Assembly: GCA_965285935.1 (NCBI GenBank)
Contig: OZ260667.1
Span: 52,762,001 to 52,826,000 of the forward strand
Direction of reading: 5' to 3'
Source: Ophelia neglecta
Lineage: Eukaryota
Length of the DNA: 64,000 nucleotides
The translations under genes were made by a program, and so were the position numbers. Below the pieces are notes generated by a model that saw nothing but the letters and a program-made list of their open reading frames with translations, was not told the DNA's origin and searched no databases. The first letter of the stretch is position 1. Each line of letters starts with the position of its first letter. Positions 1-11,400 of the stretch are shown here, in pieces.

Positions 1-1155
1 ACATAGTCCATTCTAACTATCTGGTTAAACAATGTGTATATTGCGTTTACAAACGCCAATTATGTAAATTAAGTATCTTTAGCCTACCCCTGATAGGCAA
101 AAGAGATACGAGACCTGGTAACTATGGGCATCTCCTCCGAATACGTTCAGGCATTAATAGTGCACACAATAATATTCGAAGTGAGCTTAGTCTAGTGCAA
201 GATACATTATAGTATCGTAATTTGCTGTTGCCCATATTTGGTGACGATTACCATCGCAGCTATGTTAGGGTTTTAGCGTTGCTCGGCACTGCGTATCCCT
301 TACATGCGCAGCTGTTTATAATCTATTGAACAAGTTGTCATGGCTTACTGCTTACATCTCCAAAAAAAGACGATACGTGCATGTACAACCCCTGAAAATG
401 AAATGCTCCCACCCGCGGGGTTACCAGTTAATAATGCACACAATAATACAACAGCGACATGCATTCAGACTTATGGAATATGTTAAGGACAACTTCGTTT
501 GCTGCTGCAGATATTTAGGGACAATATGTCTATCATACGATTGGTTGATTGATTGATTGTTTATTATAGTGGCATAGTGCATATATTTATAAGCATAAAA
601 AGTAAACCTTAGACAAACAAATTACACCCATCCCTACTGGGCTTGTTAGTCACCTGCAAATATGGCATTTCGTAAAAGGAAAAAGGCAAAGTGCATGGCA
701 CGGCCTAGCACAGCCTCCCAAAAACCCATCTTTATGTAACGTGTTTACACTGGGCATAGTATACCATGTGCAGGAAAATCTAAGTACAATTTCTAAATTT
801 TCGAGCATACTTTATACTTGTTTGGAACGCCTATACTGAAATATTTTCAAGATTAGTGTATACAAATCAAACATACTATCATGGTTATAACAGGCCAGAT
901 ACATGTACATGTATATGGGTACAATATTTGGATTAACACAACCCAGGCTATAAGAAATGGGTTAACATGCAAGATATAACGATATTAGGTTTATTGGAAT
1001 AAAAAGTAAATTAAGCAAGTGTACCTGCTTCAATTTTTAACGCTAATGAGCCATGCCTACCCCTGATAGGCCCGCTTTTAAAGATTTACTGGTCTTGTTG
1101 CTACCGATTGGTGATTAACCCCGGCATTAATTTCAATGATTACAACAGGTGTATA

Positions 1156-1333
1156 CAGTGGAACCTGTGAATTAAGACCACCAATGGGACTGGAAAAAGC
1201 TGGTCTTATTTTGGAGGTTGTCTGTTAAGTCATGTTATTAGACATACAAAGTATACAGCATAGTCCTCGTATTAGTGGTCTGAATTGACAAGTGGTCTGA
1301 TTATAGAGGTGGTCTTTAAGGCATGTTTTACTG
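1156..1333. mobile_element. 178-bp MITE, Tc1/mariner-pogo type
   Basis: TA on both flanks (1154-1155, 1334-1335). Imperfect TIRs: CAGTGGAACCTGTGAATTAAGACCACC vs reverse-complemented end CAGTAAAACATGCCTTAAAGACCACC. Internal GGTCT subrepeats. Confidence 0.85.
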
Positions 1334-1649
1334 TATATCTAAAAACTGAAAGCATCGATGCAATAGAGTCGACTTGCGATTTTTACCAAACCTGCATCAT
1401 GCGTGCTGACACCTGTTGGGCATCTACAAGTAAGAGTATGACATAAGATGACATGGTGTATAAACCTAATCTATTTGTTACGTATGACATAGTGAAATGC
1501 GTAATATAAATTGGGTGACAATTTATGACAAGTGTGCAGAATTGAATAATAGGCACCCCAGGCGGCTAGCCCCTATTAGTGTGAAATCTTCGGGAGTATG
1601 AGTATGGGCATGTCTACCCCTGATAGACCTTGACCCAAGTGTATATTAT

Positions 1650-2120
1650 AACCGTATTATTTCTGAAATGCATTCGAATGCCACAGTCCCGTAGCTTGGA
1701 TTTCTAGGTCGGGTTTCCCTTGTTTAACTGCGACCTAAGCATCTCATATCCGAACACTATGGCCCTTGTATAAATTGGGGCCGAGCCCGCCTGATTTAGG
1801 CAGGCACTTATGTTCTGTAAAGCAGTATCTAGACACTGGCTTGCCGTCTAGGCAGGTAAACAGCGGACCAGGGTAAGTTCCTCTCGCTTTAATACAAGAC
1901 GTTAGTGCTGTTGTAGGACACATGCCTATCGTGGCATTCTCTGATCGGCAATGTAACTGGTCTAGATGCAGTGTTCATTTGGGTAAGAGCGGGGAGGTTG
2001 TAGGGCTTATGGCAATAGGAAATTGCTGCCCAATGAGAAGTTATTGTGGCGGGAGCTAAGCCCTGGTCAAATTTAGGACCTATGCATGAGCAGAGGACAC
2101 TTGTAGGAATAGGAAAGGAT
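1650..2120 (-). pseudogene. Tyrosine recombinase of the Ngaro element, internally deleted, with stop codons
   Basis: One frame at 1770-1660 reads YKGHSVRI*DA*VAVKQGKPDLEIQATGLWHSNAFQK, matching box II HSFRIGAA..A...G.....I...GRW.S.AF..Y. ORF 1889-2179 contains the N-terminal GLAPATI.S...AISY.HK segment. Confidence 0.85.
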
Positions 2121-2129
2121 GAATGAAAC

Positions 2130-3060
2130 AGGATATTGTACTTCATATATGCGAGTACGAGGCGTTGCACTAAACACATGAATTGGGGAATATTGAAGTC
2201 TGTTTATTGATAATGTCTACTGTACCCCTATTATCGGTGTGAAATAACACCCACTGAATGGTGTCTATGTGTCGTTAAGCCCCAAAAATCTAAATCCAAA
2301 CCCACTGAATGCGCCAGGCATCACCCAAACTTCTACCGCCAAGACAATTGGCACCAGTTCCAACAATGGAGTTGAGAGATCGGCCCCGGACTTTGGGAAA
2401 GGGACATAAACCCTTTTGTATTCCTAAGTGCAGCTAGCCCTACCGTGGAAGGTGTATACGTGTAGAGATTCAACAGATCGGAGGATATGCAATATTGGAT
2501 TAAGAATAAAGTAGTACCGTTGTAACTCTTAATAAAGAATACCATGCTTCGCCTCATTATTCAAATGAATATGGTGGTGTGGTTTGTTAGCGTGGCATGT
2601 CACGACGAAGGCACGGCCCAGGGCAACTGCTATAGTGTCAAAATTCCCAGGGACGGGCAATTGATACCAAAGCGGATTAAATTATCCGAATTTTGTCTAA
2701 TGGCATGTGGATTTCCATACAGATAGTATCACCATCCGACACCATGAGCTATAGCGACATTTAAAGGTCTTTCATTAATCGGTATGCTTACTTCTTCACA
2801 GAACGTTAGTAACAGGTTTAAATGTTCTAAATAGGTTTCGTCGGGTATATACCAATTGACAGGAGCACCAGGCCTAAGGGACTGCATATCAGCTCAGAGG
2901 TTCTAGGACAGGTTCTGCTACTCTGTTTAAGGATACTTCTATATGAATGGATTTTGTCGCTAAGTTGGGCTTCTTTAAAACTGTTGTGATTCTTTACTAT
3001 CCTAGCTTTTGGTGGCCCCTGATAACCAATGCGCTAACCCCCTGTAAACCCTTCAAATAT
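2130..3060 (-). pseudogene. RT/RNase H remnant of the Ngaro element (RT core largely deleted)
   Basis: RNase H motifs ELVPIVLAVEVW and FHTDN are visible; FHTDN becomes contiguous with the rest once the 2261-2299 insertion is removed. RT N-terminal GF..G.RIGY.GP and EV.L.RVA.P motifs are also present. Confidence 0.8.
2261..2299 (+). mobile_element. 39-bp 5'-truncated retroposon (SINE/LINE tail) insertion with 12-bp TSD
   Basis: ACCCACTGAATG is duplicated at 2249-2260 and 2300-2311. The insert ends in an A-rich AAAAATCTAAATCCAA tail. Removing it restores the Ngaro RNase H reading. Confidence 0.75.
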
Positions 3061-4084
3061 AAAGGTAGCCCTTTATGTGCATAATGTCATATTGGTACCA
3101 TATATCGTTTGGGCGGGAGTGATGGATCTCTCGAATGGTTGGGATATATCTCATAAGTCAGGGCCCAGCCTACGGAAAGGTCTCTAAATAAATAGCCGTG
3201 TAGGTGACAAAGACTAGGGTCCACTCATCGAAGGAATTGATCTTGTCAGGTTTCTTAGAATCTTCAATGGGAATCGAAGGTTGATTGTTTCTTTCTATTA
3301 ACGTAAAAACGTATGTTAATATCCTCATTATGGGCAAGGAGTGAGGCAAGATCTCCGTACTGATAAGCGCTATTCTATGATATAAGGGTATATTTTATCC
3401 CCCCTCCCAGGGGCATGCTAGAACTTTGGGCTGTTGTTGGCCAATTAAAGGAATCATGACTAGCCGCCTGGTTACCTTGTAGTGCCAATACTGCAGTTTT
3501 TCTCTAGTCTAGAGTGGTGAGTTCGCTGCTGGCTGGTATGTCGGTGACCTGGTCATAATCCTCAATTGGCCGACTGGGCTCGTGTGTATCAGATGCCGAC
3601 GGTGTTGCGTCGTTGACATCCAGGTTCGAAACGGAACTCCGCTAATCGTGGTTATTCGCTGGGTCCTCCTTGATGGCGTCCTGTGGAACATGGGTAACTG
3701 TAGACATGCTTTTGAGGGCTTGATGTTTAGGAATCTGGTGTTGTTTGCCTTGTGTGATACGGCCGTTTCTCCGGATGGTCCCCATGGGTTGTTTTCTTGT
3801 TAGTAGGAGCCATGCTGAAACATATACTGACCAACCAGAGTATGCGTGTATAATATCCTAAGCTGTACAACTTTAGACACTTGCTACCCGACCAGTGTTG
3901 TACGTACATTACCGACTAGCAGTTGCCTACATATTACTTAGGAAAAAGGATATAGGGTCCATAACTCGTCACGTTTAATAATAAGGGTGTTAATATATGT
4001 ACCTGAGACATGTATATTTGTCATAGTTATACACCAGACGAATATCCCCCGTGACGCAAGCGTGTAATTGTATTCGGCCTATGG

Positions 4085-4700
4085 GTCAATTGCCTGACGC
4101 AGCACATTAGTATGGCTACTAGGCCAGCCATAGGCACGGGCCACATCTAGCCGAGTCCAGCTCACAAAAAGCATAGCCGGATGTGACCCAATAGGTGCAC
4201 TTATATGGGTATTTGGCCAGCCATAAGCACGGGACACACCTAACGAAATCCAGCTTATAAAAAGCATGGCCGGATGTGTCCCGATAAGTGCAAATATATG
4301 GTTATTTGGCCCGTCGTAAGCACGGGCCACATCCAGTCAAGTCCCGTTTATAACGGGCGTGGCCGGATGTGACCCAATAAGTGCAATTATATAACGCGTT
4401 CAGGCGCAAGCACTAGGCGAGCACAAATGTAGAGAATGGTTATAATACGACAGGCCGATAAACCATAGTTAAATAATTTTGGCCAGCAAGTAGCACGGAC
4501 CCCGTCCAGCCAAGTCGAGTTTATAGAAAGCGTGGCTGGGCGTGACCCAATAGGTGCGATTATATAACACATTCCGGCGCAAGCACGAGGCGGGCACAAA
4601 TGTAGAGAATGGTTATAATATGCTAGGCCAATAAAGCCACAAATAACAGTAATAAGGCGAAATAGGCCATATCTAGCTAAGTCCAGCATTGTGGAAAAAC
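4085..4700. repeat. Diverged minisatellite: about three 93-bp units followed by longer (~173-bp) derived units
   Basis: The anchor GTGWCCCRATARGTGC recurs at 4183, 4276, 4369 (period 93) and 4542 (period 173). The block GGCGCAAGCAC..GGCG.GCACAAATGTAGAGAATGGTTATAATA occurs at ~4403 and ~4576. Confidence 0.85.
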
Positions 4701-5049
4701 ATAGCCGATAATAACCATTCCGCGTGGTTACTATCCATGTGGCAAATATAATATACGTGCTGTATATAGTATATATGGCAGGCCCGAAGTTTTCACGCAC
4801 GCTTACACCGGGGAACACTCGTCTACTGATAATAGGTACAAGCTTGTGACTTACAATATGTTATAATTGTATAATCAAAGTGAGCCCACTCTACTATGGA
4901 TGCTCAATAATAGTCATATTGTCCACTACGAGTCGTTGAGAAATTTAAATGCTTTCGGCACCGCCCCTCTGATATCTCAGTAGAGGTACCACTCTCCCAG
5001 GGTATTCAGGTGAAGTGGTCGGCGAGCAATATGTGAATTGGGTCGTATA

Positions 5050-5450
5050 GAATCTTATCTTTTTTGCTATGGTACAAACTAATACAATATTGAAATTCCC
5101 AAGGGATGCTAATTCATCACCCTTGTGTATAGTAAAACATAGCAAGTATGAGCAAGGCCACTGAAATAGCTAGGGGTATTAACACAATACAGCCCTCTTT
5201 AGAAGACAGTTCAAATGCGTAAAAATTTTACCCCATAGCCTTCTATAAGGAAACCAGCAGATGGTATAGCGTTGATCCCCAATTTTGGGCGCACACCAGG
5301 CAGCTAGTTCATGTAGCCTCAGGCCAGCTCAACCAAATATGAGAGAACTGTACAAGTGCCTCTAGCACTAAAGTATTCTGAAACTTCCAATGGAATGTAT
5401 CAGTATATTTGGAATTTGCCCAGTAGGCAATGAATGAATGTCCAAATAAC
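5050..5450 (-). pseudogene. SGNH/GDSL hydrolase-like remnant of the kind carried by Ngaro elements
   Basis: LFGHSFIAYWA (5449-5417) resembles block I W..GHS...WA. KLGINAI (~5285-5265) resembles block III LG.ND. KGDELASLGNFNI (~5125-5087) weakly resembles DGVHL..LGN. Confidence 0.5.
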
Positions 5451-8400
5451 TCTACAGTGAACATAATGGCTATGAAGAAGTACCAAAACTAGCAGAGACA
5501 CTAACCCAATTGCTCGCCGACCACATGTATCAGTGCTATAGGTAGGAGAGTTTCCAAACACACCTATCTGGTAAGAGTGAAGCTCGCTGAAAGGCAGATA
5601 GTCTGTAGAACAGGCCAGTCTTGATCCGCATGGCTGCTTTTGGGCAGGCCTATTATCCGGTCAATGGCTTTGCCACCTTCACCCCTTTGGCACAATAGTT
5701 TAGTCTGCATAGCTAATTACCTTAAGGCTGGCTTGTACCAGTAAAATGTAGCATAGAATGGCATGTGTGTACAATAGGTAATATAACTGTTATCAAAACA
5801 AAATACTCCCATGAAAACAAGAAATGCATTTATTGTTACAATAAATTTGTTTTTCTTTCTCATCATTCTCTGGTTTGTGTTTAAATTTCATTTCTAGTCG
5901 CATAATTAGGAGGGACCTCCGTCCGCCATTGACTTTGCTATGGCATGTTTGATCCCTCGCGGGCAATGACGATTGACTCGTTTATTTTTCGGCTCTTACT
6001 CGCATCTTCGAAAACTGTTGACTTCTTATCATAGCAAGGAATTAATAAAGTGTTTGGTTGTGGCAAGTATCCACTCCCGTGTTTTATCTGCAAATTGAGT
6101 TTTGATGCAAAATGCATATATATGCATTCACATATAATAACAGGCTGAATAAGGTAATTTTACTAATTATTTTAGCGAAGCGTATCCTGTGCGGTAGAAT
6201 ACATGAAACCGAACACAATCATTGCATTAAAAACATATGTGGCATTTGTCCTCTTTTGCCATGTGTGTATGTCTACTCCCAAAACGATACATTATCTGGT
6301 ACTACGGGAAATTGTAGAGAAACATATTCACTAGAGGACCATCCTTGAGTTGTTTTTATGTACAGAAAAGGCCCCAGACTGCTCATAATCCTCAGTCATA
6401 TACCTTACACAGATTTGACATTCCCACGGGCACTGATTGTAAATGGTTAGCTGGTCGTAACAGGTTTGATCGTTCCCTGGTTAATTTCCGACCTTACACG
6501 CCGCTCAGATATAATTGGATCGAAGGCTGAATATCAGCAACGCCAGAGTCGCAAGGCTGGCCGAATCGCAAAGCAAACACCAATAATCTCGTGAGAATAT
6601 TGGTAGATTCCGGGGAAAATATACAATTAATAGATTCCTGCCCCCATTATACACAGGTTTGGGGTTGACATTTCTTCAATTCAAGAGCAGTCAAATGGAT
6701 CCATGTTTTGACATTTTTGCACTCGGAAAAAAACCGCTCACGCCCCATGCTATGACGTCCTTAATGCAAAGAAACATTACTTTGTGTCTACGTGCTGCTT
6801 TATTATGTCTTCTTGATTAGCATCATAGATCTGCAGTGACTACCTCAGAGAAGGTCGAAATTACCGCTCACTAAAGCCCGCATTGCTTTACCTAGACCTG
6901 GTTTCTCTAGTCCATTGTGTCTTGAGTAAAAAAAACAGCTTAGCAATAAACTGAAAGAGGAAAAAACTTGCGCCTGTAGTCCCTTATGAATTTAATGATG
7001 TGTAAATACATTTATTCGTGTAGAATTATCACTTAAATCGTAAGCTGCTAATGACTTATAAAACAAACCAGTCGACAATCAGTCGGCAATATTACGATGT
7101 GATTATTTCATGTCCTTTTATCTGAATTTGTTTGTAGAAAAAAGCCAAATAAACGACCATGAATTGCGTTTTTCTGAGACTACTGGCGCTACTGTGGTCT
7201 CATTCTAAATATGTGATAGCATGTGTTACCATGTGGTTCATTTTTGTAATACATATGATTTGGTAACGTCATTTCCTGGATCTGAATTGTGGAGCACTTA
7301 GGTACCCATTTACTCCGTCATGAATTTCAATCACAGTTTTGTCTGACAGCTGGATAATTGGCTTAGCACTAATAGTAAACGGAGCGTGGATTTGTCAATA
7401 TCAAGGCTAATGATATTGACATTTCGATCAATAATGAACAACTATCCCCAGAATGATCAAGTGAGTTTGCCTGGGATCTCTTGAGGTGTTGCGGACAACA
7501 GTTTAAATATAAAAGTTCATCAGCTAAAATCAGTCGACACCATTCCCAATTCTACAAATTGTCTTACTATTGTATTTTTTGTGGTATACTTTGATATGTT
7601 ATCATTCGACATCAAGGTAGATAGAATTACTAATTTGTTTAAAGTATTAACGGAAAAGCTATCTTAATAAAATGAATTATGTAATAAGAAAATTGATAGC
7701 AACATTATTTATAGCTACTACATCAAGAGGCCAAGCCTTTATGCACGAAAAGGCACATTTTGCTTCATCAATTATAAGTTCTGTAATGAATAATTCCATT
7801 AAAGCGTTGCCATAACGTACATTCCCATCATTGTTTCTTGGCAAGAAACATTCCCTCCCTAAGTGATCAATTTGATTTGAACGCCACGGATGTCTTTTAT
7901 ATCAAATGTCCACAGGACTTGGCCTAAAATTGGGGTAAAAGTTATCCAATAGTTGAAACCTACGATACAAGCAGCAGCTTTCCGAGCCAGAAGTGGAAGC
8001 ACTTCTCCTTTCCAAGATGCATCACGCACTTAACGCTTTGCCATAAGTACATCATTTTGTACTAGAGATATATCAACAGGTGAATTCAATAAAAATGAGG
8101 GAAATAAAAACTTAATGAATAATGAATAATGATGCAGTAATTGAAAGAGGTTTTATTTTATATACACGAATGAAGCTATACATGTGATGTGTCTTGTGCG
8201 TTTACTTGTTCTAATTTTTGTCAAGGTAGATATGTGTTGACCAAGATAAAGGTTTTACAATGTGCACATTTCCATTTTATTGTTCAGGTCATGAATGTAA
8301 TGGTATCAATATCCACGAGAACAGATGAATCGATAGTAATGTCATCAGTATTTACATTTTTTTATTGCTGAAATAAATGAACGATTCGGTATTAATGAGT

Positions 8401-11400
8401 GTGTCTGTCGGGTACCCATTTCGGTGTTTGTCTGCTGTTAGATAAAAAATTCAACATATAATGAGGATTTCTGTTTTAGGTGCTATTTTCCAGGAATGTC
8501 ATGTCTACTACGACAAATCTAATTACAGTGGGTCTATGCTGGCCACTGACCCTTATTGATCCGAGTTAGTAAACATTGCTAGGTCGTGTTAGAGGTCCTA
8601 GCCTAATTGAACCGATAAAGCCCCAATCCAAAGTAATTTCTCTCGGAATGCAAAATTAATAAGGAACAGAGTGCGTTCGACAACAAAACCTGATAAAGAC
8701 AACTTGTACATATTCGGTTAGAACATCAGGCACTCAGACACAGATCTTGGTTGCCTAAGGACGAAATCAACGTACAATTAAATGTGTCCACACTTTTTTG
8801 GTAGTAGCTATATGAATCATATGACCATGTATTGCATTTGGTAACTATCAACTCTAATACATCCGGGAAAGAAATAGTATTCACATGGAGTAGATGTTCC
8901 ATGACGATAGAATTCGCCTCCTTTGCGTAAAATCACACTAAAGTCTTGTATATATCGCTCTATAAATAGGGCAGTATATGGATCTAAATCAAAAACCAAG
9001 TAGGAATAATTAAAAAGTATTTTGTCTTTCTGCATGGATAGCAAATTCGCTTGTGGCCCTTTTTTCGATGTGAGGGATTGATGTACCATACCTTGAACTC
9101 ATATCATATTTCAAAGCAGTTGCCAGTCATCTATAAATATCATTACTGTGGTTTTCTTCAATATACTTAAGAATAATACATTCAAGCGGCGATCTCGTAA
9201 ATCACGTACATACCTGTATTGCGAATACGCCAGCAATGTATTCCTTGGCTGGTTCTTGGTTTCGTGTTTTAATTACATGTAAAGGCCTAGAAGCGAGGAC
9301 GATAACTGAACTTTATCTACCTCAATTGCTTGTAATAATCATTTTTACCTGGTTAATTTCTGTTCTACAGCTGATCGGCTTTGGGATTAATCGACTTGTG
9401 AACGTGCGTCTGCTTCCCGTTTTTAAAATACCCAACCTATCTATAGAAAGCGCAAATCGTTTGTAGTTAACATTGATATTTCGAGAGAAAGATCAGTAAA
9501 CGTGAGTATGTCTATGAAGAAATAACATGCTTGGCAGACAAAGCGAAATCAATAGACAAGAACATTTTATTAAATCGGTCCGAAATCAATGGCGTGTATT
9601 GCCCAAAGTAGCTAAGATTTCAGCATTTTGAATATAACCTTATATAATTTCTCTGTTTTATCGACTCAAATTTTTATAGCAAAACGCCATTGGTGCCTAT
9701 GAAGTTGTTCTTTCGTCGGTTTTCCACGGTCAGCGTTAGTTAGAAAAAAAACCATAGTAAGATAAAAAAAGAAACTCAGAAAAATATGGATAGTTTAAGA
9801 CGTATTAAATAATCCAACCTGGTTAAGCAAAGGAAGCCTAAAACAGCAGACGCGGGTACATGGCAAATGCGTTTTGCCGCCGGTATTAGTGGGCTGCGTA
9901 GTGCCTATTGTATACGCATAACTTACCATCCTCATACTGTCGCGTCCGTCATATACCCAGCTTACTACAGCACCGTCTGCACATCAAAGCTGGTAGCTGA
10001 ATAAGCCGGAGTTTCTATCTTTACCAAAAACGAAACAACCGAAATAGGAAGCAAATGGAGTTCATTTTCGAACGTTACTCGAGTATACGTCCCTAACATC
10101 AATATTTATTTTGAAGCATATTTCCAAATAACTTTCTATTCAGATAATTGGAATAACGTTAAAATATTTGAGGTTACATTAGTATGCCCCATAACTTACA
10201 GAATATATGGCTAAACACAGGCCATAAAGTTTTAATGTTTCATTTGTCGTTTACTTGTTATCAACCAGGAAATGTAAATAGCGATGTTCATGCTTGTTAA
10301 TGTAGGAGCGACATATGTGGCAGAAATCCAAACCGTTGTTAGCCCTCCCTTCACATTGACACAGCCGAATAATGTTTCGTGTTTTATTGCCTTACCAAAG
10401 TACTTAATTTAAAGAAAAAAGTAATGTGTTGTTCTTTTTATGTTTAGCCTCATTTTGGCCAAGGAACAAAATAATTATGAGTTATTTTCAGACCTATAAC
10501 GTCGATGTTCAAACGGAAAACAGGCAAAATAATTTATCCTTAATATTGGATTAAATCCGGGAACCAACGGTCAATTAAGGCACAAATATGTCAATCCCAT
10601 GCTCCCAAACAGTGAAAATAATAATAATAATACTGCTTTTAGTAGGAATGAGATCTAGTCTACAGTATTCATAAATACTATATCCTATGAAACTAAGCCC
10701 CTCCGCCTGTCTCATAATTCACGTGTATACATTACGGCCATCAAAGGCATGATCTAAATGACTTCATGGTAGTCTATTCTCTGTCTGCTCCGAGTTTGGC
10801 TTTGAACCCTCAAAGATTATCTGAATTCCACCATGGAATTCTAAATAAGAACTTTATAACTGATGTGCCCTTGACTTCCTTCAAATCGTTGTCCGATAAA
10901 TTTATAAATATTCCGTTTTGTCTTAGAAATATCGATTTTGGTAGACTATCTGCAACCACACAGCCCTATAGGGTTTTCAAGTTGACCTCCAAATTCCAGG
11001 ACCTTCTACCGAATATTGATCGGTGTAGTCTAATCTCAGATGCACACAGTTGGTTGATGCGCTCATTCCAATTGAATGTTTGACAGCGTTGGCCCCAGTC
11101 CATAAACTAACTTTTAAATCTATGTTTGATTAACGCACATGGGACACTGGCAATGCATGCCTGTAATGCAAGAAATTTATGATGAAAATTTATGATGATG
11201 GTCCTCAATATATATTTTTAAATAAACAAGTTGATACCAGACAGACAAAGCACACGCATTATTCAAGAAAAGTCCATTCTCGACCAAGTCGTCCGAAAAC
11301 ACCAGGAACCTTATTAAGCAGACTGAAAGACATAAATCATACTTGCATATATATATAATGCTCACTTATATCGTATATTTCTCAGAACGGCAACTTTAAA

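Larger units (their letters stand above)
1080..3800 (-). mobile_element. Degenerate Ngaro-type tyrosine-recombinase (YR) retrotransposon with internal deletions; boundaries approximate
   Basis: Minus-strand translations show Ngaro motifs in the expected order: RT N-terminus EGFTGG*RIGYQGP and IEVSLNRVAEP (~3060-2910); RNase H LYTYTPSTVGLAA, LLELVPIVLAVEVW (2366-2325) and VLFHTDNRGTVDIINKQTS...MCLVQRLVLAYMKYNILF; YR N-terminus GLAPATITSHWAAISYCHK; YR C-terminus YKGHSVRI...GLWHSNAFQK. Confidence 0.85.

Noticed and set aside
82-98. Hairpin motif read on - as an iron-responsive element (CAGGGG loop)
   Set aside because: The loop is not CAGUGN and the stem register and C bulge do not fit.
4085-4700. 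Regularly spaced repeats as a CRISPR-like array
   Set aside because: Whole units are homologous with no unique spacers; eukaryotic context with no cas genes.
7740-8050. Minus-strand WKGEVLPLLARKA as a hAT dimerisation domain
   Set aside because: The following S...ER.FS motif is absent.
10766-11083. Minus-strand RIPWWNS...FKAKL as a LINE 3' end
   Set aside because: Spacing and upstream motifs are not convincing.
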